Of a DNA stretch of 64,000 bases, positions 27,344 through 41,659 are shown in pieces. The stretch spans positions 1,312,901 to 1,376,900 of the forward strand of contig CM082593.2 in the NCBI GenBank assembly GCA_040954595.2, read 5' to 3'. Every line of letters starts with the position of its first letter. Position 1 is the stretch's first letter. The translations under genes and the position numbers were made by a program. This DNA is from Balanoglossus misakiensis (Eukaryota > Animalia > Hemichordata). The notes below the pieces were generated by a model that did not search any database, was not told where the DNA came from, and worked only from the letters and a program-made list of their open reading frames with translations.

Positions 27344-27987
27344 GATCTGCATGTCTGCACATACCAATACCAGTCTTCATAAAGCAGACAACTGAAGAGG
27401 GTTATAACTACTGTGGACGGGATTTCCCAAACCAACTATCTGACAAAATCTACCAAATGTACGCTGTGATAAGTACCTATCTCCTCCCTGTGTTAATCAT
27501 CGGCATATGCTCCGTGTTAATCCTTCGTGTTCTCTGGTGTCAAGAGGAAAGCAGTCGAGCTCTGAACAAGAACAAGGACGAAGAGCGAGTCAAGAAACAG
27601 AAATGGCGAGTGACCAAGATGGTGTTCACCGTTGCTGGTGTCTTTGCTGGTTCCTGGGCCCCCATTCATATCATGAATATGTGGCTATTGTTGGATCCCC
27701 ACTACCCTAAGATGTCCCTGCCTCTGTTTTATTTCCGCAATTTTTGCCTGTGTCTGGCCTATGCCAACTCGGCCATGAACCCCTTCGTTTACGCCCTCAA
27801 TGGCCGCAACTACCGGCGCCATCTGCGAAGGATGTTCCGGAAGAACAAGCATCGTGGTCTCAGGGGCTCCATCACCGCTACTACGTACACCTCCACCATG
27901 ACCACAAGTGTGAGGATACCAGGAGAAAACGGTAAAGGTGGATATGAAAGGTGCGACAAGATGGAGTCACTGGACACTTCGACTTAA
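27344..27987 (+). CDS. KISS1R: Kisspeptin-receptor-type GPCR, coding exon 3 (end of TM4, ECL2, TM5-TM7, C-tail, stop)
   Basis: Acceptor CTTCTCTTCTCACTCAG| at 27343. Phase 1 completes GGA and continues SACLHIPIP...YNYCGRDFP (ECL2 Cys), YLLPVLII (TM5), FAGSWAP (TM6), LAYANSAMNPFVY (TM7) to TAA. In frame with ORF 27457-27987. Spliced CDS 318+136+644=1098 nt, 365 aa. Confidence 0.93.
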
Positions 27988-29766
27988 ATGACACATGGCA
28001 GATATTTATTATGTAGGCCTATGTGCCAAATCTCGAGGGAGTTGGATGCTCCACGAAATCCAGTAAGCGATCGGATCCTCAGCCTATCACAGACTCACAT
28101 TTCTGCAGGGGACCGTTTTTAGCCGTTTTAAAATTAATTAGACTGTTCGAAAGATACGCGAGAGCAAGTCTTGAAGATTTTCTATCTGGACGTGGTAATG
28201 GGCGTTGAGCATATAATACCCTTTGAAAGGGCAATTGCGTTGTTTCAAACGCCTACATTCTATGAGAATCAGCATTTCAGATTTCTAATGTTAGGCATAT
28301 ATACATCTTATGCACCGTTCGTTATAAATCTAATAACTATTTGGATTGTAATGACACTGAATTTTTTGCTAGTATTTTTGTGGTTTAACGTATGTGACGT
28401 ATTTCAATATTTTAAATGAAAACATAGATAAATTACACGTGGCTTATCCTTAAAGGTTTACTAGTAATTTGTTATAGTTTTCAATTGAGAGAATTTGAAA
28501 TTCAGTTATAGTTTTCAATATCACTGTTTCATTTAATGTAGCCTCTTTAAGAAATGTATAGAGGAACAATCATAGTGATATTCTCTGATTGATATGTGTT
28601 CGAGGAAACATAAGATATTGAACATTTTTTTAAATCTTGAATTTATCTCAAATTCTCCTTGTTTCTGGTCTACATAGAATGAAACACAATGAAACTGTAC
28701 ATTGATAAAATCGTCAACAGTGATGTGATGTGAATAACAGGGGAATCTCTTACTTCAATAATTTTATGAGGAACCTCATCCGAAAGTCAAAATTCATCCA
28801 ACCCCAAACAGCAATACACATATATATCTATAGACAACAATACGGTTCTTCATTGTTGTTCAACTGTAACGTTTGGACTTCTTTATGAGCGTATGTTACC
28901 ATTTTAAGTTTTTCTATCACAGTATAGGAAAGTTATCTTCATCAATACGATAGAAGTATATTACAAAAAAAATGACATTTCTTGTTGGGTATTGTTTTTT
29001 TCTAGAATCTAAAGAGTGCCAAGAATGGATGTCGCCGAATCTTCCTGTAAAAGAACTTCGCAAACATCGAGATAAAAATCTAACCTTTAAAAGTTAGTAC
29101 TTAACTGTGGTAACGCGCGTTGTATCTGGCAAAAAGTCGTATTTACTCGGAACATGTCCGGTGTTTCGTTCTTAAGTGGTACATCTGATGTTCGGCGAGA
29201 CGACGAGTAAACATATGTTATCGTCATTTTGCCAATGGCACATACTTGACTGAATTCTGTTTGTCTAAGTAAGCACTTCAAGCAGTTAGTCATCCGTGTC
29301 GATAAGATGTTTTTATCATTAACGGATTCTTAACAAACCAACGTTCTCACAAGTGGGGCTTTCGAACAAAAATTATAAGGGTTAACTTCCCTGTATAATC
29401 AATTTGTAAATACCATGTACAAATAATCGTGTGTGTATATAGTGCTTCAAATATTCTTAGCCTTTTTAAAATTAGTACGATATATTTAGATTTCGCGAGA
29501 GAATGATATATGACCACTGTAGTCATCTCATTTAGTGTGGATTAAAAAAACTTCTAAAACACATTGTTAGTACGATAATGTCAGTCTTGGAATGTTCCCG
29601 GAGTTTTTGCAATGCGGTTATTCGTTTACTGATGTTACTTGATAGGTCAATCAGAATTTTCCTGCTCTCAAGTTTTTTGCGTATGTTTTTGTTAATCATT
29701 TATTGATATTCGCAACAGTTACAACGTTTCACTTTGGATGTTATAAAGCTACTGTTATCTGTGAAA

Positions 29767-29772
29767 AATAAA
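29767..29772 (+). terminator. Candidate polyadenylation signal (AATAAA) for the KISS1R-type gene
   Basis: First canonical AATAAA I noticed downstream of the stop at 27987, after an AT-rich UTR-like stretch. Unverified. Confidence 0.3.
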
Positions 29773-32700
29773 GCTTAATATATAACATAATTAAACTGAA
29801 TATAGCGTCCATATGTGAGTAGACTTGTTTCAAGTACACAATGAATAGGCCACTTTCATGACCCCAATATGACCTAACATCCTTGTACTTCCGTTGGTAT
29901 GGGGTTGTCAAAATTCAACATTTTGGTAGAAGAAATGCGAAAAATTTAGCTTGAAAAAGAATCACGTTGGTTATTCAGCACAGTATTCATTGACTATAGC
30001 TGCAACTGTAGAGTTTCTGTAGAGTTTTTCCTCAAACAGGTTGATTCATGCCAACAGAGAACGAGGATGTGAGGTCATGTAGGGGTCATGAAAATGGCCG
30101 CCTCTTCCGGTGGTATAGGGTAGAAGAGTATTTCATTTACCGCGTATGAAGCACCGATGTTTTTAAGGTAGACCGGTAATATCCAAAGTTTTGAACGGCG
30201 TTTTGTAGCGATTCGCTTTAATGTACGGCTTGAGGAGACCCAATTTGCCGCGGTCCAACGATGCACAATCTGCACCATCAAAGTCATTTCAGAAATAGAT
30301 TGCCAATGATGCGCCAATTGTTACTTGTAGTAATAGAATTGAGTGTTTTGAAGGAGACAGAAACTTCTCCTTCAAACTGTAAATATCAATCCTACAATCA
30401 TCATCGAGGTGGGTTTCTTTTAGGTTGGTATCTCAGTGGTTCCATTAGGAAATTCTGATGTCATCAATCATGCACATCAGACCTGAAAACATGTGCAAGA
30501 TACACGACAACAAGCCATAATACATGATTGATTATCGCCCGAAAGGAAATATGTTTTGTGTTTGAAGACGTGTTCAATATCAGCGTCACTGTCTGATATA
30601 ATACCTACTAGTAACCCAGGAGGCGAGTCTCAAAGCTTATCTATACACCGCTAGAGGAATACGTCACGTCAGTGGCAATCTCGTAAATTTAGAATGTGTA
30701 CACTTTCGATTCCCGTTACCTTTTATCGATTTAAATTGAAATTAAAATGATGATATCATCCAACGGTGCGCATTGGTCCTCCTACTGAATACTTTCTTTT
30801 CCTGTGGAAACCGATATATTCTTCAATTCTTATAAGGCAGTATCGGTTTGAAAAGAAAATCTGTATCATCAAATGTCAGTTGAGATGGAAAAATTTCTCT
30901 CTGGCTACACTGCTGGCATTTTTTAGAATCTCTGTTGCTGGCAACATGACGTTGATGATGGAAAACAGTCATTGTGTCAAACCCATTTAAGGCTGTTGAA
31001 AATGAGGTTACTGTGATTTTGCCGTGGCGTTATCGTGCCACCAAATCCCGATTATATGATCCCAATTTTAACCTGTCTCGTCCAAGGGTTCGATAGAACG
31101 ATTTCCGGTGCAAGAACTATTGTTTTTTTTATATGATCACAGGACTCGCAATCCATATCTAACTTCCTCAGATATTATTTTCCTTGAATCCTCTTGATTT
31201 CTTACGCCTACCCGAGGCCAGAAAACAGCTTGATAGACTTGCGGAAGTAAACCGGCCGATCAATTTGAATCAATGCTAAGAATGAGTGATGCATGAAACC
31301 ACCTTATTGTTAACTGCTGAAAATATTGAGACCTTATTGACCACATTTTCTTAGAATTTATGATGACCTTAAATCACATTTTCCTATTCATCTCATTATT
31401 ATTTTTCTCAATTGAAAATTTCATAAGATTGCTCACAAAATCACAAGATTGGAACTAAGCTAAGAATTATTGGGTCGAAATGATCAAGGGCACGCTCACC
31501 TTTACAACTCTAAAAAGCACAACAGGGCAGCTCCGTGATTTCGCCCATGAAATTTAAATTTGCAAGTTTACATTTGTGGGACTAGTACAGTATTGGTGAG
31601 CGTGGGCGTACATGATCAAATCTCAGCGCCTAACCAGGCCAACCGAACACAATTGTCACGAAAGACTTGTTCTGCGTTGGAGCAACCACGAGGTCGTGGC
31701 TCCAGTGTACCATTTGAACGCTGCCTATACAATGTAAGCAGTAAATGAACCACCCTTGTATGAATACATTTTGCCTTTCCTTCGTTCAGAGATTGCAAGT
31801 CCAATTAGAAGACTATTGTATGTCCTAGTAGGCAGACTGTGTCGCTGAAGGTTACCAATGACGCAATTGTCTCAGAGATTGTCATACTTTCCTCATAAGA
31901 CACATTCAATTGCCAGGGAAAACATGGACATACCAGTACAGTACACAGTAAGAGGTTATTTAAAGTTAATTGTGAAGGGCGGTGACTTGCACAAATAAGT
32001 CATTATACACTATGCCAACCAACTTCAAGTTCTTATTGAAGTTGATTTGCAAGCATTGAAAACAAATCTGAGAGACCGCGTCGTATTGTTTTCGAGTTGC
32101 CAAAGAACGTCTGAATGTGTCTTCACTGAAACACGCTTGAAAGCCAACACATAGCTGTAAAAGACGTCCCTTGTAATTATAATTTGGTAATGGGCTGTTT
32201 GGGCTGATATTTATCAATCGCGACTAACTTTTGGCATTAAAAACTCGCCAAAGGCACTGCTTTTATGCTCAAACGGTTTGATTCTAATGTATTTGTCAGA
32301 TGGTATACAATTCATTCAGGTGTGATAATCGTTTCTTCAACAATAATTCTCTCAGATGGGGAAACCAATTATGTATGTTATCCTACAGATAATTAATAAG
32401 TGAAATTAGCAACTGTTAATTAATACATTAAGCTTATAATGTAGTAATTATGAACTATGGTATTTTAATTAAATGCACGTAGTCCGAGCAAGGACTAACC
32501 TGAACCAGACAGACTGAATAACGTGTCTAACTTTACCACCTGTCCATTTTCTGACATACCCTTCAACGAGTTGATTATGAAATCAGTCTATAATGATACT
32601 TGGGAACAAGTGCGTATAGAAACTTCTTGAGTCATAGGATGAAATATATCATGTGTTAATCCCTTCCTAAAAGAGAAATGGCTATTATTTCGTAATTAAG

Positions 32701-33053
32701 CAAGAAATAAGTCAAGACTGTGCCCCAAATGCTTGAGACACGCAAAGATTTTTTGTAGAATAACAGTATGTATTCGGAGGATTGAAAAGGATAAATTACA
32801 AATGCCCCGGGGTTTCACATTGATCAAAATATAAAGTTGTCACGCACAGCTCGTTATATTGTACGGTACATCGGAGAACGGTTTCAAGTTTTGATGTAAA
32901 CGCTCAGGGGATTGTTATGCGGACGACTGTATCTCTTATCTTGGAGACAAGCAAAGCATGACTCTGTACAGCACGTATTCAGACGAAGGTAATAACAAAA
33001 ACAGCAAGAATTGGCAAAAGTTCCAACAGCACCAACTTTGGTAAATGTATATA

Positions 33054-33117
33054 ACACTACCACTACACTACACGACACTACACTACAGCACAGCACACCA
33101 CACCACACTACACTACA
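33054..33117. repeat. Imperfect (CACTA)n pentanucleotide repeat
   Basis: cactacacta cacgacacta cactacagca cagcacacca caccacacta cacta. Confidence 0.85.
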
Positions 33118-35740
33118 TTGATCAACTCTGCTGGCCTACAGCAGATCTCAATCAAGTTTATCATCTTTGGGGATCTACTTTCTCCGGATCACCTGTCGCC
33201 ATACATACATCCGCAATATTGAAAAAAAAAAACTTGCATGAATTTGATGGAACATACCTCTCCCGATGTTTAACGATAAATGGATGCGATAGTATCGATC
33301 AATGCTGAGTGCTTGAATTTTAATTGCACAGAACATGTCTAGATGTTTTATCAGAATTGCTTTGCAGCAATAGTGAACGCGAGGCTGGCTTGCATGGTCA
33401 GTGCGAATGACTCATTTTGTTTGTTTAGCGAAGTCGCCAGTTACTGTACGTTGAGTGCATAGCCCAACGGCTAGCGAGACAACAAAACCAAAGAATTTGA
33501 TCTTACTGCAGGCGAAATTTCTAATCTGACTAAATGCGTGTAAACGGTGGCATCTGTATTAGGGAGGATAATTTATACATAAAGTAATTGCATGGTACGT
33601 TCCTCGATGTTTCAAACACACCAGGGGCGCGTGGAAGGTATGAACACGTACTCTCAATTCTTCTGCGGGTCATGTCCTTCTGTTCTGCACTTCAATTCCG
33701 ACAAAGCGCTCTTTCATCTTAGCGACACACTCAGAAAAGTCAAAAAGTACCGATTTGACATGTTCATCTAATTCCGACCCTGTAAAACTGCCAGCAGCAC
33801 TTGTCGACACTCACATTATATGATACTCAGGCGATGTGAGAACTATAACTGAAGGATCTGTTAGAAGCGAAATTGTGCCAATATATGCAATACCTGATTA
33901 CTGTTAATTCAACAGAAGATAAACACAACATGTGTAATGAAGAAAAGTCTAGAAAACAGTCAACTTCTGATCACCACCCGCAGAGTTCAGTGTCAATAAC
34001 TTTGTCCATCAAGGTATGCCTTATACGGATGCAAGCTCTGGCGAATACTGTGTTTATTTTCACGCGAAAGTTTGCGAATTCTGAACACGTGTCACACAAC
34101 ACAGCATAAGCTACAACTCAAAATGCGGCTTTTCCTTATTTGGTCTACTTAATCTCAAGTTATCGTCTGGCAAAACATTGCTTCGCTCCGCACGAACGAC
34201 GATTTCTTATCTCTGAGTCCATGATACCGAAAACAATTTGACATGAGTTGTCTGAAGTGGCAACACGAAGATGCTTTTATCGTTCAAACACATTACTGTT
34301 TGATCCTATTGACAGCTCTTGTGCATTTGGGCTGGAAATAATCCTAAGCGGAACTGTATGGCGGGAATCTCGACTTGTGAACAAATATTTTCGTTTCGGA
34401 TGATCTGTTTTGTGATGTGATTGCCCGATACGTCAAGCCGTATCCAGTACTTTACAGTAAACATCCACATCGATCTTCAACCCCAAAAGGAACATCCAAA
34501 ATGCAGTCGAACGTTCGAAATATATGTACAACAACTTTCAAATCGCCAAACAAATACAGCGGCGAGCACACTTCCCATTGTGAATTAATCCGACGTTGAA
34601 GCAATCATAAATTATTTATTGCTCAAAGTTCAAGTGCCCCCGCGTCAAATTTCGTATATGCAATTTTTCGAAGCTCAAATTGCTCCTTATGAAGATATTC
34701 AATTTGACTATGACTTGTTGTTCAGATAGGTTACTGAAGAAAAATCTGTTTTCGCCTGACAAATCTTTATGCCATGCTCTGTATATTCGATTTGCTGGAG
34801 AATTGACATTCAAACGGTTAACTTTCTATCAGTGTCGGCCGCTGGTTATTAATTCTCGGTGACTCCATTGATAGATTGTGAACAGCGAGTTCCAAAGGAA
34901 CTCTCGTCGGGGTTCTCGTACTTCGCCAGTGAATAAATCACGAGTCAATAGAAGCGAGACTTTCCAAAGATTTGCCGTTTTCAATATCCTATCTATTGAT
35001 ATTGCCACAATGGTTCAAAAGAGACGAATTACTTTCTCCAGACCCGGGGTATATTTTCCTGGTTCGTTCTTACGCACGAAAGCAGTGTTCCAGTAAAAAG
35101 ACTGGCCTAATTCACTGCCCTAGTGACATTAAGTCACTATTTGCATTCTCATTTCATCGTTGTCGCCGTCTACAAGCCTATGCAATAAGAGCCCCAATGT
35201 CATTTTAACTGGTGATGTTTTTGTTCTGTCTGACTGGGAAATAAAACTCGCTTACATAGTACAAGATTGCTGACTCGAGCGAGGATCATAGCAAACAGTG
35301 ATGTTAACATCAGCAGACTGAGAGTCAGTGATTGTACAGCCATTAGGTCACAAGATCAACTGATACTTCAAACACTTACACTTAAGCCGAAATGCTTTGA
35401 AAGTTTTGCAAAATGCCCAGAGGCAGATTTGCGATTTTCTATACATTTTATGCAACATGTGCCACTACATATTGTGTCAAGCGAGTGACATCTAGTTGTA
35501 TTTAATCAGAAGCATGTATACTTAATGCGGGAAAAGTGTATCTTAACACTGGAGAGCCACAAAAGAATAATGTGGCTTTCGGATATAACGAATAGGTAGA
35601 CCGAAGGAGCAGGGAAAATCCCATTTTTCAACATGTCCCACGGGAGGGTCACATTTTTAAAATAGAAAATTTGACAATGAGACATAGAATCATTGCATCC
35701 GATAAAACCAAGAAAATCAGACTTTCGGTATGTCTGTTTT

Positions 35741-35794
35741 TATCTATCTATCTATCTGTCTGTCCGTCTATCTATCTGCCTACCTGCCTGCCTG
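35741..35794. repeat. Degenerate (CTAT)/(CTGT)/(CTGC) tetranucleotide repeat
   Basis: tatctatctatctatctgtctgtc...ctgcctgcctg. Confidence 0.7.
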
Positions 35795-37677
35795 TAGATG
35801 TTCAAGCCAGGTGCACTACGACTTGTTTTATTTGGATTACAGTTAGGTAAGAAAACAAAACAACTCTACGATTATCTGTCGATTTGCTCCGCGCTATAAA
35901 ATTTGATGCGCTATGAGATTCTCTTTCGGGACAGCGAAGAACAGACAATTTACTTTAAATTACCAAGTACAGCTTTTAATGACTACTATATTTTGTTGGA
36001 TGTTTTCGGCGGCCCCTTAAAAATTAACGAGGGTGATATAATTGTCCAGGTGTTTCGGTAATCACTCTGCCTACACTTTTACAGTCTAGGTAATGACAAT
36101 TTTGACGAGTAATACTTCGGGTTTCTGAAACACTCAAAACAGCAGTATTAATTGCATATGGAGGGATCTATTTATCTCGGTAGACCGCCATGACTGTGCT
36201 TTGTGACTTAATAGATGTCATCTTCGAAATTGATAAAATTTATAAGTCAATAAATAAAATTAAAATTTCTCTTCTTTCCGCAATGTAAATGTAGGCTTTT
36301 GCCAATAGAGTTCTGGAGGCAAATGTCCTCGCTTTGAAGATGACGAGCCATAAATATGTCTTGCGCATCTCTCTCTTTATTGATAGGAGGTCTACAGGAA
36401 AGCGACGTAAGTATTTGCCCATCTGTAGCCAAGGAACAGCAAACGAATAAGCCACTCGTCACGACTCTGCGTTTAGCAATTGGACAGTTTCGATGATCAC
36501 ATATGAAAAGTGTGCCTGTGTGGCGCCATAGTGACAAATTCCTGCTCTCAAATAAGTTAAATTCTCAAAGCTGAGGACTTTTAGTCTATTAATAGCATTG
36601 AAGCATAGGGATTTTCTTAAGAGGAAACGGAAACCGACCTCTAATATTGCTATACGCATTATACAATTTAACTACAATCTAATACCACACTTTGAAAGGC
36701 ATCGGGTTTCGTAGGGAAACCAAATTCTTCAAATGCAGTATTTTCAACAACGCTGTATAAGATTTCACGTGCTCGTCTTACACAATCATTGCAAGTTTCG
36801 GAATGATATTGTGTAATACGATACAAAGATGGGGTCATTTTACATTCTGATCGCAAAGCATCGAAATGTGAATTGGAATGTCGAGTATTCGACTTTCCCT
36901 TCAAAGGCGAGAAAACCTCAAATTACATCAGTCGCTGCTACCTTGATGTACCAGAAAAGGGATAACGGGTAATGGATGTAACACAAACCAGACGGAGTGT
37001 TAATCGCTATTCTATCGTTTTATTTCCCTATTTATTTATTTTCTACTTGTGTAAAAACCCAAAACAGGGCTTTTACCGCTGATGATTAGAAGCCTTCAAC
37101 AAATGTAGAAATTATCCACTTGGAGGCGCCCTCAGTGCAAAAACAAAATACCGCCATGATCTGGAACCCTGATACCCCAAAGTTCGGTGACCCTGTGGAT
37201 GGTTTAATCATCGACGACTAACGTAGAAAGAGCCGTGCGGTCTGAGTCCGTATTGCCTGCCGTGATTTTACTCTCGGAAGACTACAGCTGGAAAACGAAG
37301 ATCGATAACAACGCCACATAAACTACTTAATCAGTTTCCCTGGCGAGTTCCGTATGCTTTGATTTGTCACGCCGAAAATCATAGAATGAGTTCCCATTTT
37401 GATATCAAGAGATAACCACGATTGGTTCACTTGATAGAAGGGACACGTATGAACTTGTAGACCTGCGTGCTAATCACATATTTTCTCACGTGGGAATTCT
37501 GTGGCACGTAACATTTACTTTGAAGTATAGCTGTTGTGTTTGAATCAAGAAACACTGCACTTGTGAAATTGAGCAGTTGTCCGCCATTATCAATTCCGTC
37601 ATCAAAATCGAAAACAGCCAAACCACTTCCTCAAAAAATTCCTCCTTTTCCCCTTCCTATTTCCCATCGATGTTACT

Positions 37678-37723
<46 letters not shown>

Positions 37724-37724
37724 A

Positions 37725-37755
<31 letters not shown>

Positions 37756-37781
37756 TGGAGAGACAGACAGACAGACAGACA
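37678..37781. repeat. (ATC)n microsatellite followed by a short (GACA)n run
   Basis: ATC units over 37678-37755 with one AAC interruption, then AGAC repeats over 37761-37781. Source of the poly-H/poly-S/poly-M ORFs. Confidence 0.95.
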
Positions 37782-38619
37782 AGGCAGCAGAGACACATTG
37801 TCTTGTTTACCTCGAGAGGGCGTAATCTAACCATGTCATTTGTATGCATCAACGATGTTTTTGATCATACCAAGTCTTTTAAGAAGATTTTAACATTATA
37901 AATGATTCATTATGATTTATGTATTATTGGAAATATTAACTTTTAGTAATATTAACCAAGAATTGCTAATATTAGTATTAATTAATTAATAAAACATCAT
38001 TATGTTGCTGTCCTTCACTGACTAAATTGTGTGGCGATTACTGGCGAATCAAGACAGTACAAAAGAGATTGAATACTTGGATACATTTATACAATGCGCG
38101 GCTTATATGACTTTTGACACACTGACGCTGGTTATGTGCAACTGTTGGGCGATGGTGGTTGAGATCAAAGTGCGGATGAAACTTTAAAAGCCATGAGATT
38201 TCAAGTTCACGTAGATATGGATCTGTGAGGGTCATGGTCTCCAGGCAAAAAGGATAAAACACTAGTCGGTAAAATTACAGTTTTGCCCTGTCTCAATCGT
38301 ACTTTAACTTTCCGTGGCAAAAAACGTTTACACTGTACATCAAGAAATAAGGAAGACATTAAGCTGAGCCTCAAAATTACTGGCAATGAGTAAGACTTCA
38401 CCTTCAATTTAATTTTAACCCACGTGATCCTCTGATGGAAGGACGATATTTAAACCTCGAGGCCAGCGGTTGTAGGCCACGCCATACCTTTGTAAGCCGG
38501 ACCACATCATCCTTTAGATGTGGTCGTGATAAAAGTCAGAATAAAATAGGATTTATTTGCTTTCAAACTATTCTTAATTCTATCCGCTAAGATATTTTTC
38601 GGAATCTGAAAACACTGTT

Positions 38620-39235
38620 TTGGAAGAGATATCGCAATAAGACTCAATTATATCCCCAGTCCTGTACGGTCACTTTGCTTTGTACATGTATTGTTTTGGG
38701 GCTTCGTCAATGACTAACTGAAATAGTTGATGAAAAATTAAGTTCATGTCAGTCATGTTGTAGTGCCAGTGCCCATCCAACGTCTAAACTTCATCTACCA
38801 AACCGCCATTGTGGTTCCGCTACGCGATCATTCAGAGAATGCACGAAATAACATAATTTCCCGACCATTTTCGTTCAATGAAAATTCGATATTTCTCCTA
38901 TAAATGGTGGTACCAACGGGATGAAGACGACATTGAGGTAGGATGCGGTAATTTATCAACCAACTGCCATAGTTGTCAACTTTATCAGACCACGATAGAT
39001 CTAACCGTATGGTTTACTCATATCTATAACAAGATCCTCGGCGATGAAAAAATCATAGTTTTCAATCATTTTTCTGAAAACTCACCAAAGAAGAATGTCA
39101 CCACTGTAGTCAGCCAATAGCATTAATGTTGACATCTAAGATGTTGTATTAATATGTGGGTGTGTGAATTACACACCCGGTTACATTTAACATTAAAAAC
39201 CACAAACGCGTGATTTCTGATGTTCCGCCCAAAAA
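38620..39235. repeat. Copy 1 of a diverged ~600-bp unit present three times
   Basis: Ordered anchors TTCGTCAATGACTAACT (38703), ACCAAACCGCCAT (38797), AGGTAGGA (38936), TCAGCCA (39110), CACACCCGGTTACAT (39172). Boundaries approximate. Confidence 0.7.
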
Positions 39236-40239
39236 TTCCCGTCATGTCAGATCACCTGGTCGGATCACCAGACATCCTTAACTTCCCTCAGTGATCACGT
39301 AATCCATTTGAAAAAAGGTTTTAAAATATTTCAAAGCGTCCAACATTTTGGCGAAAACGGCTTTTAGTTTATACTGTATAATTTTTCTGCTGGCCTGTAT
39401 TTTTTGTTTTAATTTTTCAACAATACTGTTAAAAAAGACTTCACTTCAGCGATATCTTAAAACTATTTCTTTCTTTTGGAGTACTGTAGGTACACAAAGG
39501 GGAACAATTTATTTTTAATGATAAAACTGAAGAAGCAAATCTCAGTTAAAATACAAAAGAAGAAATTGCATCGTTGATAGTACTGATGAGTTTTCTTGAC
39601 TCTTGAGTGTGGCTTTTTGTGCTGCGTCACGGTCCGGACGCCTGAATATGGGCGCTTTGCGCTCTGCGAAAATAGCGTCCATTTTGTTCGCAAATGATAT
39701 TTATTTCAAACAAGAAAACTCTGATGAACACAGATACAAATGGCCTGAGTTATATAACCCATATCACCTTCTTCAATTACACTCGTTAACTTTGCATTCC
39801 GATCAGCTACGGCGACTCTTACAATCTGTAGAATTTCTATTTCGTTTTTATTATCAGAACACAAATTCATTCGTCTGTTAAAATTGAGTATTTTGAAATT
39901 TTAAATCTTAGGGTCAAATATATCCTGTTAGATAGAAGTGTGTAAACGAACTCTCCAAATCGCTGGCATTCTACCCGAGTTACATTCAAACAATTTAAGT
40001 AATGAACTCTGAAATCTAAAAGCCATGCCGTATCGTCCACACATTGATATGGTTAGAAATAAATAAGAAATTTTGGCGTCATGTTTGTAGTTTGTTTAAT
40101 TCTCTTCGATAACTTGCATATAGCACTAACGGGATAGATTCATGAATTTTCGTCACTTAATTTTTTATTTTCCCAATTGATGAAATGTCCAAATTGATGA
40201 TGGGAATCCATGACGCTGAAAACATGCGTCCGTGGAAGC

Positions 40240-40850
40240 GATATCGCCAATTTGGACCAGGTTTGACTGTCCTTGGCCTTTTCGGTTCGGATGATGATAT
40301 CTATAATCTGCGGTTACTCTGTTTCATGTACATTCTGGTGTCTTTTTCGGGTTTCGTCAATGACTAACTCTAATACTTGATGACAAATCAAATATCGTGT
40401 ACTTGCGTCGATTCGTCGTAAGAACACACTCAGTGATCAACTTCTCGACCAAACCACCATCATGGCGAGCGATATGCGGCCAAATACAAAAAGGAATGAA
40501 GTTATATATAATCACGGGAGTTGCTGTATATTCATCAATGATCTTCTCTGATAAATGACAGTAAAGGAACGGGAAGGTGATAAAGATTAAGGTAGGAAAC
40601 GGACAGTAATTTATCAATTTGCGATTGTGAATTTGCAGTGAATTTGTTTCCTTGGCAATGAAAGATTATCATGTTTGCTACAGTCTCATCTATCGAAAGA
40701 AGCATCTCACCACAGTTGTCAGCCAATTGCATTGGGTCTCGTATCTGCTTGGGGTACGCGGAAACTCAATGTAGGCGTGGAAGACCCACACCCGGTTACA
40801 TCACCACAAGGAACCGCAAACTTTGTGGTTTCTGATGTCCCGCGATTTTT
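40240..40850. repeat. Copy 2 of the diverged ~600-bp unit
   Basis: Same anchors at 40353, 40448, 40590, 40719 and 40787. Shares an identical 37-nt stretch with copy 3 (40339 vs 41734). Boundaries approximate. Confidence 0.75.
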
Positions 40851-41659
40851 TTTGTCTGTGGTTTTAGATTTGCAAACCGATCGAACGCATCGAAGGAACA
40901 CCGCTTAATGTTTTGGTCATTTATCAATAATTTGATTCTCCGACGTTTAGTATCTCTAACAACATGGTTGGTAGGAATTTCAGGTGAATTAGTGATATTT
41001 TTTTTCACGAAAGGGAAGGAAATGAAATAAAATGTATTTGATGAAGTTCTCCGCGCTTTCAACGTGCATTTCGGTGTTTGGTGGCTGCCGGAATGCGACT
41101 ACCAGCGGTGACTCAGAGGATTCTTTCTTTTTTATTCAGTAAGCTTGGCCAATTCTCTGTATATTGACGCGATTTTCAGTAGAAATGAATTGTACGAAAA
41201 GACAATTAGATTCTTTCTTCTAATCAAGGAAATGCTCTTCCACTAAAGGTCTAAATGAAAGATTAAAATCCCGTGGTTGGTACAAAATAAACATGGTATC
41301 ATTGATAGAACGGATGACTGTGCAATTTCTGTGTCCCTGGACCCACTAAACACAATGCCGCGTCCATATTGCAACGAATGAACCTGGACGGCTTCTACTC
41401 TGTGAAGATATCTATATAACTGCGAAGTAAATGGTCATTTTATCTCAAGAATGCCAGGTTATTCGAAACTGTTACACGAAAACGCTGGAGAAATATGACC
41501 GAACTTGCCAAAGTTCTTCAACGACAAACCAGGTTATTCAGCCTAAAATAAGATTTTTTTCTTGCTTTCAAAGCTTTTGTTTTGTATATTTTCCGTCGGT
41601 GACTAACTCCAATTGGGCACGGGAATCAGAAACGCTCAGAATATTGGACTGTAGACATA

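Noticed and set aside
37536-37901. ORFs with poly-His, poly-Ser and poly-Met tracts
   Set aside because: All are translations of the (ATC)n microsatellite, and the flanks are not protein-like.
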